Positions 44,028-56,590 of a stretch of DNA of 64,000 nucleotides are shown in pieces; position 1 is the stretch's first letter; every line of letters begins with the position of its first letter. The notes under the pieces are model-generated. The model was not told where the DNA came from and searched no databases. It was given only the letters and a program-made list of their open reading frames with translations. A program made the translations under genes and the position numbers. The DNA comes from Emiliania huxleyi CCMP1516 (lineage: Eukaryota). Location of the stretch: contig NW_005201792.1 in the NCBI RefSeq assembly GCF_000372725.1, positions 685,440 through 749,439 of the forward strand. Direction: 5' to 3'.

Positions 44028-46536
44028 GCACCCGCTCGGAGGTGCTCCGCTCTCAACCATTCTCGGCCCCTCACCCGCCGAGTCGGCCGCAAAGCGCGCT
44101 CTCGCGTGGCTGGCCGACGAGGAGCGGCGCGAGCACCAGCTCCGTGAGACGCTTACCCGGCTCGCGCTCTCGATTGTGCGTCGCCCCTCACCCGGCGGCG
44201 GCAGCGGCCCGTTGGATGCGGGCAGTCGTTGGGCCGGCAACGTGGGCGGTCTCGAGTTCATGCTGCTCGTCTCGCGCAGGAGCGGCCCGCTGCTCGAGGC
44301 GGTGGGGGTACGGCCCGGTGTCGGCGCGACACAGCTCGAGGGCCGCATGCTAAAGCCAGGCGCGTGCGTTGGCGCACCGCGCCTGCTGCTGTCAGAGGTG
44401 CAGACGTTGGTGGGGCCGCCGCAGGAGATCTCGCGCCTCGAGCTGGCGCTCGAGGGCGAGCACGAGCTGCGCGGCCGCCTCTTCGCCGGCGAGAGCGGCG
44501 AGGCGCAGGTGGTACTCTCCCTCGCAGCCACTGCCGCCGGGGCAAAGGCGGCGGCAGCGGCGCCTGGCGTGGGCGCTGACCTGGGTGGGGGCAGCGCGTG
44601 GACGTGTATCCCGGTGCCGCCGAGTTGCGGCGGTGAGGCAGCGACGAGCGGCCGCACTGCGGGCGCGGGCGGGCCGACAGGGCGGCTGGAGGCGGAGAGG
44701 GCTGAGGAGGCGGAGGCGGAGACGGCGGCCAATGATGAGACAGAGGCGGAGGCGGAGGAGGAGGGGGCGGTGAAGGCGGCGGCGGCGGCGGCCAGATCGA
44801 TTGCTGCCGCGGGTAAGGCGAATACGGCGGGTACGGCGACAGGGCCGGTGCCGGGAGAGGCGGCTAGAGAGGCGGCGGCGGGAAGGGCGGCGGTGGCGAC
44901 GGCGGCGGGGCCACCAAATGACGTGGCGGCAAAACCGGCGGCGGCGGCAGGCCGCTCCCTGTGCGACGGATCGACGCCATCGGCGAGCGGCTCGCCGGCG
45001 GTGGCCGCTGCGCGCGGCAGCACGCCCCGCGCGCGCACGCAGACGGACGAGGAGAAGGAGGAGGGGTCGGGCGAGGTGAGACTCCTCCCTCCGAGACGCC
45101 TGCGAGACGCCTGCGAGACGCCTGCGAGACGCTTGCAGACACCCCTCGTCGCTACCGGCGCGTGCACGCTCGTCCCATATCTCTGCCTCTCCCATCCTGC
45201 TCCCTCCTCCCAAATTCCTCAGGTTGGTCGCGGCCTGTGCGCAGACGAGATTTTGGCGATGGGCTTCGAGCCTGACAAAGTCGCCGCAGCCATGGCACGC
45301 GGCACTCCCGAGACGCTTCTGAGACCCCTTTCGAGACGCCTGCTCGCCGGCGTGCGTAGCACACCGCCCGCGCCCCTCCGGTGGCGCTCTCTTGACCGCC
45401 ACGCCCACGCCGCGCTTGCGACACGCCCGCGACACGCCCACACCTCGCCCGCGACACGCCCGCGACACGTCCATGACACGCTCCCAGGCGGCGTGCGGCG
45501 GCGACGCCACCGCTGCGCTCGATGTGCTGATGGACCAGGCCGCAGGGTTGGAGCAGCCGGAGCCGCTGCGCGCTTCGCCGCCGCCGCCGCTGCTTCCGCT
45601 GCCGCCACCGGCGACAGAGCCTTGCGAACAGCCGAGCCCGTCGCAGCTGCCGCTCCCCTCCTCTTCGGAGCAGAGCACCGGCAACCCGCTCCTAGACGCG
45701 GGGTCCGTGTCCCGGCGTACTCAAATCTTCAAACCCCCGCCCCCCCGTCCCCCCGCCCCCCCCCCTCTCGTCTTCAACTCGCAGGCATCCGCTCCTACTT
45801 CAGCCGCTGCGGACCGCCCTCGTCCTCGCGCCCGCGCGGCGCCGGCCCGTCACACAGCACGGCGAGCGCAAAGAACAAGCGGCCGAGCCAGCCCTCCGGC
45901 CGCCGGCCGCACGCCACAGGAGGCAAGCGGGCGGCGCCGAGTGTGCCGCGAGCGACGTATGCCGAGTGCCCCGGCTGCGGGCAGCAGATCCCCGTCAGTT
46001 TCCTCGACGAGCACCTCGAGTTCGCATGCTCGTCGCGGCCGGCGGCCGGCGGCGCGGGCACGTCCGGCGTGGGATTGTCGTGGCTTGCGCCGACGGCCTT
46101 GCCCGAGGCAGCCGCCACTGTGGCAGCGGTGGCAGCGGCTGCAGCGACGGCGGCGGCAGCGGGGCCGCCGCCTCCACCGCGGCCTCTCTTCTCTCCGGCC
46201 GCCTCGCAGAGCACGTCTTCGCCAGACTCTCAGGCTGTGTGCGACTCTGCGGGCGGCGCGGCGGCGGCGAGAGGGCAGCACGGGGCGTCCGAGGCGCCCT
46301 CCTCGCAGCCGGAGCCCGGCCTCTACCTGCCGGCGGAGGCGCCGTTTGCGATCCATCACTCTCAGGCCTACCGGCGCGGACAGTGCCGCCAGATGGGGAC
46401 GCGAGACGGGAGTGTGGGGCCGGCGGCGACGCTCCCACCCGCCGCCGGCGCGACATTCCGGGTGCCTGAGACGCCGGCAGGGAGTCAGGCGGCGTGGTCT
46501 CAGGGGCCGCCGACGGAGTCGCAGCCGGGCGAGTGA
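44028..46536 (+). CDS. UBA and UBZ4 zinc-finger ubiquitin-binding protein (multi-exon; start not resolved)
   Basis: UBA: EILAMGFEPDK..AAM|AACGGDATAALDVLM. UBZ: CPGCGQQIPVSFLDEHLEFAC. Confidence 0.65.
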
Positions 46537-47269
46537 GTCATTACCACGGTACGGGGCACCGACGTCCCCCAGCGCGGGAAATACAACAACAACATGTACA
46601 TGTGCAACAAGTCTATAGTCTACTCGCGAGACTGCTGACTGGTTTCGCGGGTCAATAGAGGACGGGTGCGCGACCCAGTTCCGGTGCCACCCGACAGACA
46701 ATCATGGCGACACCGATACAGACAGCCCAATGAGCAATGTCCCACGCAGCATCACCGCCCCATCAGTTTTGCTTTTGGCTTATTTACCCTCGCATCGCGT
46801 GCCATGTCGCATGTGCATGTCGCACGGATGAGGCTTGAGGGATGTCGGTCGGACTCGATGTCGCAAAACACGTGCGGTACCGCGGGGGTGCTGTCTGCTG
46901 ACTCGTGAGCGGACCCTGCACTGTGGTCTGTGCGGGGTCCGGGGAGAGCAATGTGCGGTGTATGTAGACTGAGTAGACTGTATGATTACATGCTCAATGC
47001 AACGGGGATGCACCACAATACGGATGCTTACACGACACTGCAGTGTATATGCAGACACATTTGTTCTCTGGCCCGCTCGAGGGATGCGGGGGCGCGACAG
47101 ATACACGAGATTGTAATTACGAGAGTCGAGGGCACGCGTTCGGTTGTTGTCTCGTGCCGCAGCTATTGCGGCGCTCGGCAAGGGCCGAGCTCAGTCGTAC
47201 GGGTTTCGCGCGCCGCGCACGGCCGCGTCTCCAAGACGAGCGGCGAGCGGCGAGCGGCGGCGAGGGCCG

Positions 47270-49260
47270 CTACAACGGGAGCGGGATCGTGCCGACGGTC
47301 TCCTTGTTGAGGTCCGCGAAGTAGGGGTGGTTGAGCGCGTCCTTGGCGACGATGCGCTCGTTGGGCGTATAGGCGAGCATCTGCGCGACCAGGTCGACGC
47401 CTGTTCACAGGTGTGGAGGTGTGAAGAGAGTGCTAGCCGCCTCGCGCGCGAGGAGGTGCCGCTGCGCCGTTGTCGTCGAGCCGGTCCGGGTGCGGCATCG
47501 CCTGTTGCGCGAGATCAGTCGAGATCAGCCGGGATTGGGCGGTCGCCGGGTGGTCGCTCTCAGTCACTCTCGGCGACGGCGCGGACAGGCGATGGGCAGG
47601 CGATGGGCAGCGGCGGCGGTGGCAGGACTGCAGGGATGGCTGGCGTGTGTGGCCGAGGTGGCGGGTGGCAGCGCGCCTCGCGCATCGTCTTTGGGCTCCA
47701 CTTCGGGAAGTTGGACTTGAAGTCGGGGAGCTGAGAGACGCCCTGCCACATGTTCTCGGTCGGGGTGCCGAGCAGCCTGCGGGGCGGGACGGCGCACGCG
47801 AGTCACATCTCGTCCGAGGAGAGCAGGCGACTCGTTGGAGGAGAGCAGGTGCGGCGGGCGACGGGCGCGAGGGGGGCAGGCGGGAGGCGGCGAGGGCAAA
47901 GGGTGTCCCGCGCCGGAAGATCTTGAAGAGCTCGTCGATCTCCGAGTCGCCGGGCAGGAGCGGGTGGCCCGTCACCATCTCCGGGATGATGGTGCCGACG
48001 GACCTGCAGGACGGTTCCGAGAGGGTTCGGGCAGAGTCCCTGAGAGCAGCCGCGCGACAGCCGAGGGCGCTGCGCGCCAGATGTCGACGGGGCACGAGTA
48101 CTGCTTGGCGCCGAGCAGGATCTCCGGCGCGCGGTACCAGAGCGTCACCACCTCGTGCGTGTACGTGCGCAGCGGCACGGTGAAGGCGCGCGCGAGCCCA
48201 AAGTCTGGAAAGGGGCGCGGCAGGTGGGCAGCGTCAGACTGGCCGGGGAGGGGCGTGGTGGGGAGAGGGGAGAAGCGACAGCCAGGGCGTGTGGACGGTG
48301 CGAAGCGAGGCTCTGGTGGCCACCCGGCACGCGGGAGTGACGACTGGCGTTGAGATGGCCGTGGCAGGCTCTCGGAGGTGTCTCGGACGTGTCCACCTGC
48401 CAGCTTGAGCGTGCCGCGCTTCGGGTCGACGAGCACGTTCTGCGGCTTGAGGTCGCGGTGGAAGATCCGGTGCGAGTGGCACCATTTGAGCCCGGGGATC
48501 TTTTGGTACGTGAACGACTCCCCCCGGCCGGGGGGGGGGGGGGGGGGTTGAGTGCGGCCTCCGCCACTGCAGCACTGTGGCGCTGGCCGGGCGCAGGCGC
48601 GAGCGAGCCTTGATGCAGGCGGCGCTCAACCTGTACTGCAGCGACTTCATGTACTTTTTGAGGTCGTAGTCGCAGTACTCGAAGCATAGGTACAGCTTGT
48701 TGTCGTTGGGCATGTAGAACACGTCCTTGAGCCTGCGCGCGCGGGGTGTGTGCGTCAGGCCGAGGGACTGCCGCTGCAGACTGCGGGGCGGGCCCATGAC
48801 GTGCAGAGGAGAGAGCGCAGAGAGGACATCGCGGGCGGCGCTCACTGGACGACATTCGGGTGCTGCAGCTCCTTGAGCAGGGAGACCTCGCGCAGCGTGG
48901 TGCCCGGCACGCCCTCGTCCTCGCACTCGAGCTTGATCTTTTTGAGCGCGGCCGTCTCGCCGGTCCGCTCGTGCGTCGCTATGTACACCTCGCCAAAGGT
49001 CCCCTCGCCGAGCTTCTGACCCCTCTGCGTGGCGCGGACGGGAGGAGAGCGGGCGAATGAGCGCGCCGGCGGCGGCGGCTGAAGGACGAGGTGGCGGGAG
49101 AGGTATCGCAGAGCCGCCGGCTCGCTGATGCGACTGCGGCCGCCGGCCTCGCACACCAGTGCGCCCCCGCTGCGCGGGCGCCGGCTGCACTCGGCAGGTT
49201 TTGGGCAGAGCGTGGCTATGGCGCCTTCCACAGCCGGAACGATGCGCTGGCGTCGTTCAT
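47270..49260 (-). CDS. CDK1/CDKB-like cyclin-dependent kinase (PGTTLRE motif; multi-exon)
   Basis: [93 protein letters not shown]. Confidence 0.93.
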
Positions 49261-51160
49261 GATGCACGCAGAGCTGCTCGTCTGCGCAGAGGGCGGGTGA
49301 TGTCACGAGCGCAAGGGCCGCGAGCGCCGTGCCCGCACGCGCGAGTGCACCACGCGTGTCGGGAGGTGCGCGGCGCAGGGCGAGGTAGGAAAGACTGTGA
49401 AGCTGTGCGTGGCTGTGGGCGCGGCGCGACGGGCCCGCAGCCAGGTTCAGCGGGCGGCTCAACACCGTTGGCTTCAAAGAGAGGCGGGGATGAGAAAAGA
49501 AAGCCGGCCGCTGCCCGCCTGTATTCGGGAGTTGTTCCCACCCTGAGGCCTTAGCCCCTCCTCTTAGAACGGGCCAGGCCCCTGGCTTGGCGGCACAGAG
49601 GGTTTGACTCCGACTCTCGGTCACTCGGTGCCGCCTCTGGGCCCCGCCCCGCTTGTGGGCTGATGTTGGTTGTGTCTTTGACCTCAGAGAGGGTCCCGGC
49701 GCTAGAGGTCCCGCACGTTCCCGCGGCCGGGGGCCCGTCTTGATTCGGCACACACAGAGTTTTGGCACACAGAGGGTCAGGTGGACTAGCCCTATACGGA
49801 CCGGACCGCCATCATGCTTCATTTTGGCGGGGCCACCCCTCCCTACATTTTACAAGTGTGGTTTCAACACGTAACACCACCATTGCTCACATCCTTTTTC
49901 TTATGTGCAAAGAGGGCCCATCCATGATTGTGCGTCTCACCGTCGAAGGGCCGCGCAGCAGATGCGCGGGGACCCAGGGACCTTATGTAACCTCGATGTC
50001 GCCGGACGTCGCGCGCTGCGCATTTCGGCATGCGAAGGCGACGGAGCGTATATTTAGCGCACCGGCCACCCACCTGCTCGAGCTCGAGTGAGCCCGATTC
50101 ACAATATAAATGTGAAAACCGCCGACAATCCAAGTTACACGCCGCGCGGGGTTTACAATCGCGCCGGTAAATGTGCTGAAGATGTCACCAGATACCGTGC
50201 AACTGGAGTCTGCGACATGTATTGGGCGCGGTCAGGCAAAAATGCGGTACGGCCGCAATCCCTGCGAACTGACGCCGGGAAGGAAAAGAGGGGCTATCAC
50301 CTAAAATGCTGGAGAGCTCCCTCGAGAGCTCGTTCGGTTCGGCGCGCCGCGAGACGAACCACAGGACTCTGTCAGAACGGCAGCCCGCCGCTGGAGCCCT
50401 CCCGCTGGAGCTTGCGTTTGGCTCGCGCCTTTGACACAGCGGCGGCGGCCGCCGCCGCCGCCTCGGCCTGCCTCGAGATCTCCACGTACCTATTCGAGAT
50501 GCTGCCGAGAGGTGCCGCATGGCCGACAGGCGTGCTCTCATCGAACTTTTGTGTGGCGCCGCCGCACTGCATTTGTCCACGCTCGTCGGTAGCCGTCTTC
50601 GCCGTCGGCGGAGAGTGCCAGCCCGCAGTGGGCGGATGGCGGCTCCGGCATGCCTTGCGCTTTGAGGGCTGCTCGGCGCCTGGTCGTGCGCCGCTGGTCG
50701 AGACGTCGTGCCCGATTTGTCACGCTCTCTCTCCCGGGTAGAATTTCTTTTTCTTCTGTCATAACCCAATGAAACTTTTTTGCTGAATTTTTTGGTCTTT
50801 TTGCTGAATAGGCAGTCCTAGTCTCTAATAACACATCTCCCACAGACAGCGACCTCTCATTCGCTCGTCCGCGCCCGTCACTGCTAGTCGGGGCACTCCC
50901 GGCGTGCGGCCCGGTCCCGGTCGTCACTCCGGTTGCTCGTGTTCACACACCGTCAGAAGACAGAACTCAGCTCCGCTGGATTCAGTGTCTGAGACTTGGG
51001 CATCTTACACAACTTTTGTAGTAGAGCACAATGGCACCCTTGGATCAAGTGGATCACTTAATTAATAGACCGTAATATAGACCCCCGTTTTCGGCCGCCG
51101 CGGCCGGAGAGCACCCCCGTCGCCCCCGGGGCCCGTCGACACCCCAGGGGGCGCCCTCTG

Positions 51161-52087
51161 TCAGATGCTCAGGCCGGGCTCCCGATCGATGATGTGTGCC
51201 CGCTTCAGGGCGCAGCAGAGGGCGTGCGACCCGACGCCAAAGGCCAGGGCGATGGGCCCGGGGAGCCATTCGTACCAGTCGAGGCAGTCCGTGTCGCCGA
51301 GGTCGCATGCGGAGCCGCCGTCCTTGCTCCCCGCGACCGAGCCGTCGCCGACCAGGTACACGTGGCCGAAGGCCGAGCCGACGCACGCGGCGGAGGCGAG
51401 GAGGAACCAGGTGCAGCCGACGCAGCGTGCAAAGCAGCACGGGACCAGCTCGGCATACTTGTACGCATCGGATCGCTCGTCCTTGCGCCGCACGGTATCG
51501 TCATAGATGTCGTACGTGGCGAAGGTCATGTTGACGGCGCCGATGAACAGCAAAGCCGTCTCCAGTGCGTAGGAGGTCTCTGTCGTGTCTAGGGTGAAGT
51601 CGAGGACAGTGAGCGCGCCGACGACGACTCCGAAAATGGTAGCGAGGCCGATGAGGAGACAGCGCTCGCTCAGGCCCTTAGCAACGCCGCAGACCGCAAA
51701 GAAGAGCGCGATAACCAGCGCGACCACCACCACGCATCCGCAGACCTTGGCGCCCGTAGGCCAAGCGGTGGCGAGGACAAGCCCGCAGCCCCACAGCGTT
51801 GAACCGAGATACCCCGCCGGGAGCACCATGCACTTGATAAAGTACACTCGTCGCTGCGTAGACGACACGGAGTACGTGCAGAGGCCGCCTTCGTTCCAGG
51901 CTACCTCGATGCCCGTCACCCGTTGGCAGCAGAGCGTGGCCGCCGTCGCGTGCGAGAATTCGTGCAGAAACACGGCGAAGAGCTTGAGCGGCTTGAAGAT
52001 CGGCGTTCGCCACAGTAAGAAGGTTGTAGCGACGAAGCAGAGGAAGCTGAGGAGGAAGGACTGTTGAGCCTCATTACAGCAGTCCAT
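51161..52087 (-). CDS. Peptidase M50B-like intramembrane metalloprotease; intronless
   Basis: FLHEFSHA, PAGYLGS, YDIYDD...SDA, and multiple TM segments. Confidence 0.88.
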   Translation of the reverse strand: MDCCNEAQQSFLLSFLCFVATTFLLWRTPIFKPLKLFAVFLHEFSHATAATLCCQRVTGIEVAWNEGGLCTYSVSSTQRRVYFIKCMVLPAGYLGSTLWGCGLVLATAWPTGAKVCGCVVVVALVIALFFAVCGVAKGLSERCLLIGLATIFGVVVGALTVLDFTLDTTETSYALETALLFIGAVNMTFATYDIYDDTVRRKDERSDAYKYAELVPCCFARCVGCTWFLLASAACVGSAFGHVYLVGDGSVAGSKDGGSACDLGDTDCLDWYEWLPGPIALAFGVGSHALCCALKRAHIIDREPGLSI

Positions 52088-52756
52088 TGAGAACCTCGTC
52101 GGAGCACAGGTGGTTCTCAGACCTCTTAGCCGTGTCTGGGATCGTGCTTGCTGTCGCGTTGGAGCAAGAGCGAACACAGCGAGCGAAACACAGCGTGGTC
52201 GCCGCAGCAAATATCTCAGGAGAGAAAAAAATAAAAATAAAATATTCTTACCTTCAAGCCCCCCTCCGAGACTAGGGACAGAACCACACCAGTATCAGAC
52301 CAGCGGGACTGCGCCTCGCCCCCACTTGCCCTGACTGCACAGGATAGCGTGCCCCGATAACGGCGACACATAGTGGGGGACACTGCGCAAGGAGGGGGTG
52401 CGAAGCCTAAGATTGGGGTTCTAGGTGGTGGGACCATGAGGGGGGGAGGGCGGGGTCCTGTGGGGGTGAAATGTTGCGCGGCGAATTCGAACCTACCCCC
52501 TCGCCGCGCCGATCCTCACACGGAGGGTAAAAGGGTAAAACCCTGTGGGAGAAAACCCCTCCGCGGTCGGCAGTCTTCAGAGTGGACCCCCCCCTCCCCA
52601 GCCTCCCCTGTTCGTTTGTCGCACCCCCCCCCCCCGCTCCCCATCGGTGACTCGCGAAGGACACGGACACTCGGGGTGGGGGGGGAGGGGTCCCCCAGAG
52701 AGGGGGCTTTGGGGCCTTGTTGAGTCAATCTCCCCCCCAGAGGGGCCTCGCGTTGG

Positions 52757-53135
52757 GTCGATCTCGGGTCGATCTCGGGTCGATCTCGGGTCGATCTCGG
52801 GTCGATCTCGGCCACCGCGGTCGAGTAGCCTAGGTGAGGAGGGTGAGGCGAGGTGAGGCGAGGTGAGGCGAGGTGAGGCGAGATGAGGCGAGATGGGGCG
52901 AGATGGGGCGAGATGGGGCGAGATGGGGCGAGATGGGGCGAGATTGGGCGAGATTGGGCGAGATTGGGCGAGATTGGGCGAGATGGATGAGATATCGTGA
53001 GATGCAGCTCATGCCTGGGGGGAGTCAGCCAAATGCCTGGAGGGAGCATCTTGATGCCTGCAGGGAGCCAGCTTGATGCCTGGAGGGAGCCAGCTTGATG
53101 CCTGGAGGTGCCTGGAGGGAGACAGCTCGATGCCT
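52757..53135. repeat. Compound 10-11 bp tandem array followed by GATGCCTGG repeats
   Basis: (GGTCGATCTCG)n, (GAGGTGAGGC)n, (GAGATGGGGC)n and (GAGATTGGGC)n in series. Confidence 0.9.
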
Positions 53136-53890
53136 TGGGGAGACCGCTCCGGTGTCCTTTGGTTCCTCTCGGCGACGCCCAATGCGTGCGCCGGCAGTGG
53201 GGAGTGTGCGTGCGCGCGCGTGTGTGAGGTGTGGATTGTGGCAGACTGCTGCTGCTGCTGTGGGCCAGTGTGCTCTGTGTGCAGCGCTGCGCTGGCGTGT
53301 GACGCGCGCGTGCTGTGCGCGTGTGCGTGTTGGATGCGCGTGCGCGTCTGCGTGTGCTGCGCGCGCGCCGCCGGTGTGTGCTGTGTGCTGTACTCTGTTG
53401 TGCGCCTGTTTGTGCAGCTGGGAGGCGCAGCTTTGGCTGGCAGGGCTGCGCGGTGGGCTGCGGCGTGCTGCGGGTGGTCGTGCGCCTGCCTGATGGTGTG
53501 CGGCGGCTGCGCAGCCCGCTCGACCGGGCCGTCGGCGGCCCAGGGTGCGAGCATGCCAATGCGCGCTGCATGTGAGGCTGCTGCGCGGCTGGCGCGTATG
53601 TTTCCGTGCGGAGAGGGACGCGCGTATGTGTTCACGCTGCGCGGGCGCGGGCGGGCGTGGAGGGCGGCGCGGTCTCACCGCGGTCCGACGCCGGTTGGTC
53701 ATCGGCGTGTCGAGGGCGGGCACGCAGGAGGCCTTGCCGCCATCGCGTTGCCGCGTAGGGGGAAAAACTCAGGACAGAAAAAAACAAAATTCCTGGCACA
53801 ACCTCACCTCGGTAGCTACATCCCTGTTCCTCTCTCCTCTGTTCACACGACTGACGACTACAGGCTGACTCACACGACGACGGCCTCTTT

Positions 53891-56177
53891 TCACTTGGAG
53901 CCGGCGGCGAGCTCGCGCTTCCACTCCTCCCGCAGCGCGGGCAGCTGGATGGCGCCCTTGAAGTTGCGCGGGATGGGCGCGAAGCGCACCCGGTCGGGCT
54001 TGGACCCCTTTGAGACGCCCTTTGCGCAGGCGGCGAGCAGGGTGCGCTCCATCTCGCCGCGCTTGTGCTCCGCCTCCTGCGCGAGCTCGACGGTGGCGCA
54101 GCACTCGTCCTCGTGCTCGGAGGCGAGGCGGAGGCCGACCACCTGCGGCACGGCGCGAGTGAGGAGGCGTGCCCCTCACGGGCCGGGCAGCGGGGAGGGG
54201 GGGGGGGGGGGCGCAAGCACCGCCACGGCGAGCGAGCCGTCGCCGAGGCCGTAGTGCGCGGCGAGGAAAGCGGAGAGCTCAGAATTGATCTGCTCGAACG
54301 AGTAGTTTGCGCCGCCCTTGATGAGCAGCGCCGAGTCGCGCGCGCGCCAATAGAAGTCGCGGCCGCCATCACTCGCCGAGCCGAGCCAGAAGCCAACGTC
54401 CCCCAAGTTCAGGTACCAGCCGTCGTCGCGAAGCGCCTTCGCCGTCGCCGCGGCGTCGCCCACATACCCCGCCATCACGTTCTCTCCGCGCGTCACCAGC
54501 TGCCCCGGCTCGCCCTCGGCGCACTCCTCAAAATAGCCCGCCTGATCCACGGCGCTACGCCTGACGAGGCGCTGCTCACAACCGACCGATCTGCTCTCGC
54601 CGCACCTCAGCCGCACCTCCGCCACATCTCCGCCACACCTCCGCCGCATCTCCGCCGCATCTCCGCCGCATCTCTCTGCAATCACGCTCGCCGCTAGATC
54701 TCGCCTCGCCCTCGTCCACAGAGCGAACCACCTTCACCTCCGTGTACGGCGGGTGCGGCCTCCCGATGAAGTAGCCGGCCGCCTGACGCAGAGTCAGCCG
54801 GAATCTGGCGGAGGTTAGCCGAGGTGCGGCCAACGTCGTGGCCGGCCGCCTCGGCGCCGCAGTACGTGTGGCTCCAGCCTGCACGGAAGGCGTCGAGCCG
54901 CGCCTGCGGGAGAGGAGCGGGGCGGTGTGAAGTGGTCCTGCCTCCACACGCACTGTGGAAGAGTGGGAGAAGTGCAGGGCAGTGTGATCGGCGCCTCCTC
55001 GGCCAGCGCCGGCGACGTGCCCATCACCTGGAGGCAAATCTCCTGAGATCTCTCCGAGATCGGGCCGAGGTAAGAGCCGAGGCGCCCTTCGCCTGGAGGC
55101 ACGTCTCCGTCGACCCGAACCGCACCGTCGGCAGCGTGCCCGCCAGTCGCTGTAGCCGCTCGACGGTCGTCGGTCCGACCGGCGCCGAGCCGAGCAGCAG
55201 CACGACGCGAGAGAGAGCGAGCCGCAGCTGCGCCTGCGGCAGCGGCAGCGTGCCCGCCGCCGCCATCGACTCGAGAAAATCGATGTGCCGAGAGACGAGC
55301 GGAGCGACGACGACAGCACCCGACGACGCGCGCGCCTCGACCGCCCCAGCCCACGCGGCCTCGCCGCCCTCGCCGCCGCCGCCGCCCGCGTCGCCGTCGG
55401 CCGCGAAGCCGGCCGACGCGCGCGCCAGCACGGTCCAGTAGGGCGTGGTGTAGCGCTGCAGCAGGTGGAGGCGCGCGCCCGGCCGGCGCATTGCCCAATC
55501 GCAGATGGCGGTCGAGTTGGTGTGGTGCCTGCCGCGCGGGCGCGAGCGCGTGAGCATGGGGGCGACCGAGATAGTCTTGGCACGATCGCAGTCGGGTGAG
55601 GACAAGCGTGTGTGTGTGTGGCTCCCGCATCTACCGGCGGGTGCAGCGGGTTGACGACGACGCAGACGAGGGGCGCCGCGGGCTCCGAAGGGCCGAGGAA
55701 AGCCTCGAAGGTGCTGCGCGAGCAGGCGTACGCCGAGTAGAGCAGCTTCACTCCCTTGGGCGCGCCTGCGGGACTCGGACGGAGGGTGAGGAGAGCAGCA
55801 CTTCGCCGAGCACAGCAGCCGGCGCCACGGTGCGCGTGCCGGTGGTGCCGCTCGTAAAGATGACCATCCGCGTGTCGGACGGGACCCCTCCGGCGGCGAA
55901 CAAGCTCTCCGCGAGGGGCTCGACCTGGTAGGCGTGGCGAGGGACGTGTCCGGGACGTGTTCACAGAGAGACCGGCCTCTCCCGAGCGGCTTCGGGCCTC
56001 GGCCAGCAGAGCGAGGCTCGCGTCCAGCACCGCCAGCCCGGGAAGGGCCTGCCGCAGCTGCGCTGCGCCGTCTGCCGGCGTCTCGGCATCGACCAGCACG
56101 GCGCGGGCGGTGGTCACGCGCGCCTTTCGAGAAAGAGAGAGGGCGGGAGCGATGTCACGTGTCACGGGCCGCGCGCG

Positions 56178-56233
<56 letters not shown>

Positions 56234-56590
56234 CGCGCGCGCGCGTGCGTGCGTGTGGATTGGAGGCAGCCGTCACGCCTTGTGCAGCACTCGCTCAGGC
56301 GTGTCGGCCTGCCAGTTGACCGTCGCGGGCACGCACCGCACCATGACGGCCGCCAGACGGTAGACCACGTCGCCAACCGTATTGGAAGAGAAGAAGTGGA
56401 GCACGGCATCACCCTCGCCCACGCCCGCAGCACGCAGCCGCGCCGCCGCCCGCCTCGCGGCGAGCCAAAAGTCCCCTCGCGAGAGCTCCGTGCGCGAAAG
56501 ACTCTTGTCCGCGTTGACGGCGTGGTACGTGAGGAACGGTTCCGCGACGTTTAGGAAGGCAGTGGAGTAGTCACTCAGAGTCGATTTCAT
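53891..56590 (-). CDS. Class I adenylate-forming enzyme (acyl-CoA ligase-like; multi-exon)
   Basis: VIFTSGTTG.PKG, RFGSTET, RGENVMAGY, WYLNLGD, RDSALLIKGGAN. Confidence 0.88.
56170..56257. repeat. Alternating purine-pyrimidine tract (CG/TG) in intron 1 of the ligase
   Basis: 88 bp of uninterrupted alternation. Confidence 0.9.

Noticed and set aside
50372..50770. Small minus-strand ORF with poly-Ala
   Set aside because: May be a real small gene, but there is no motif support and the start is unresolved.
53130..53650. Cys/His-rich ORFs
   Set aside because: They arise from GT/GC low-complexity sequence.
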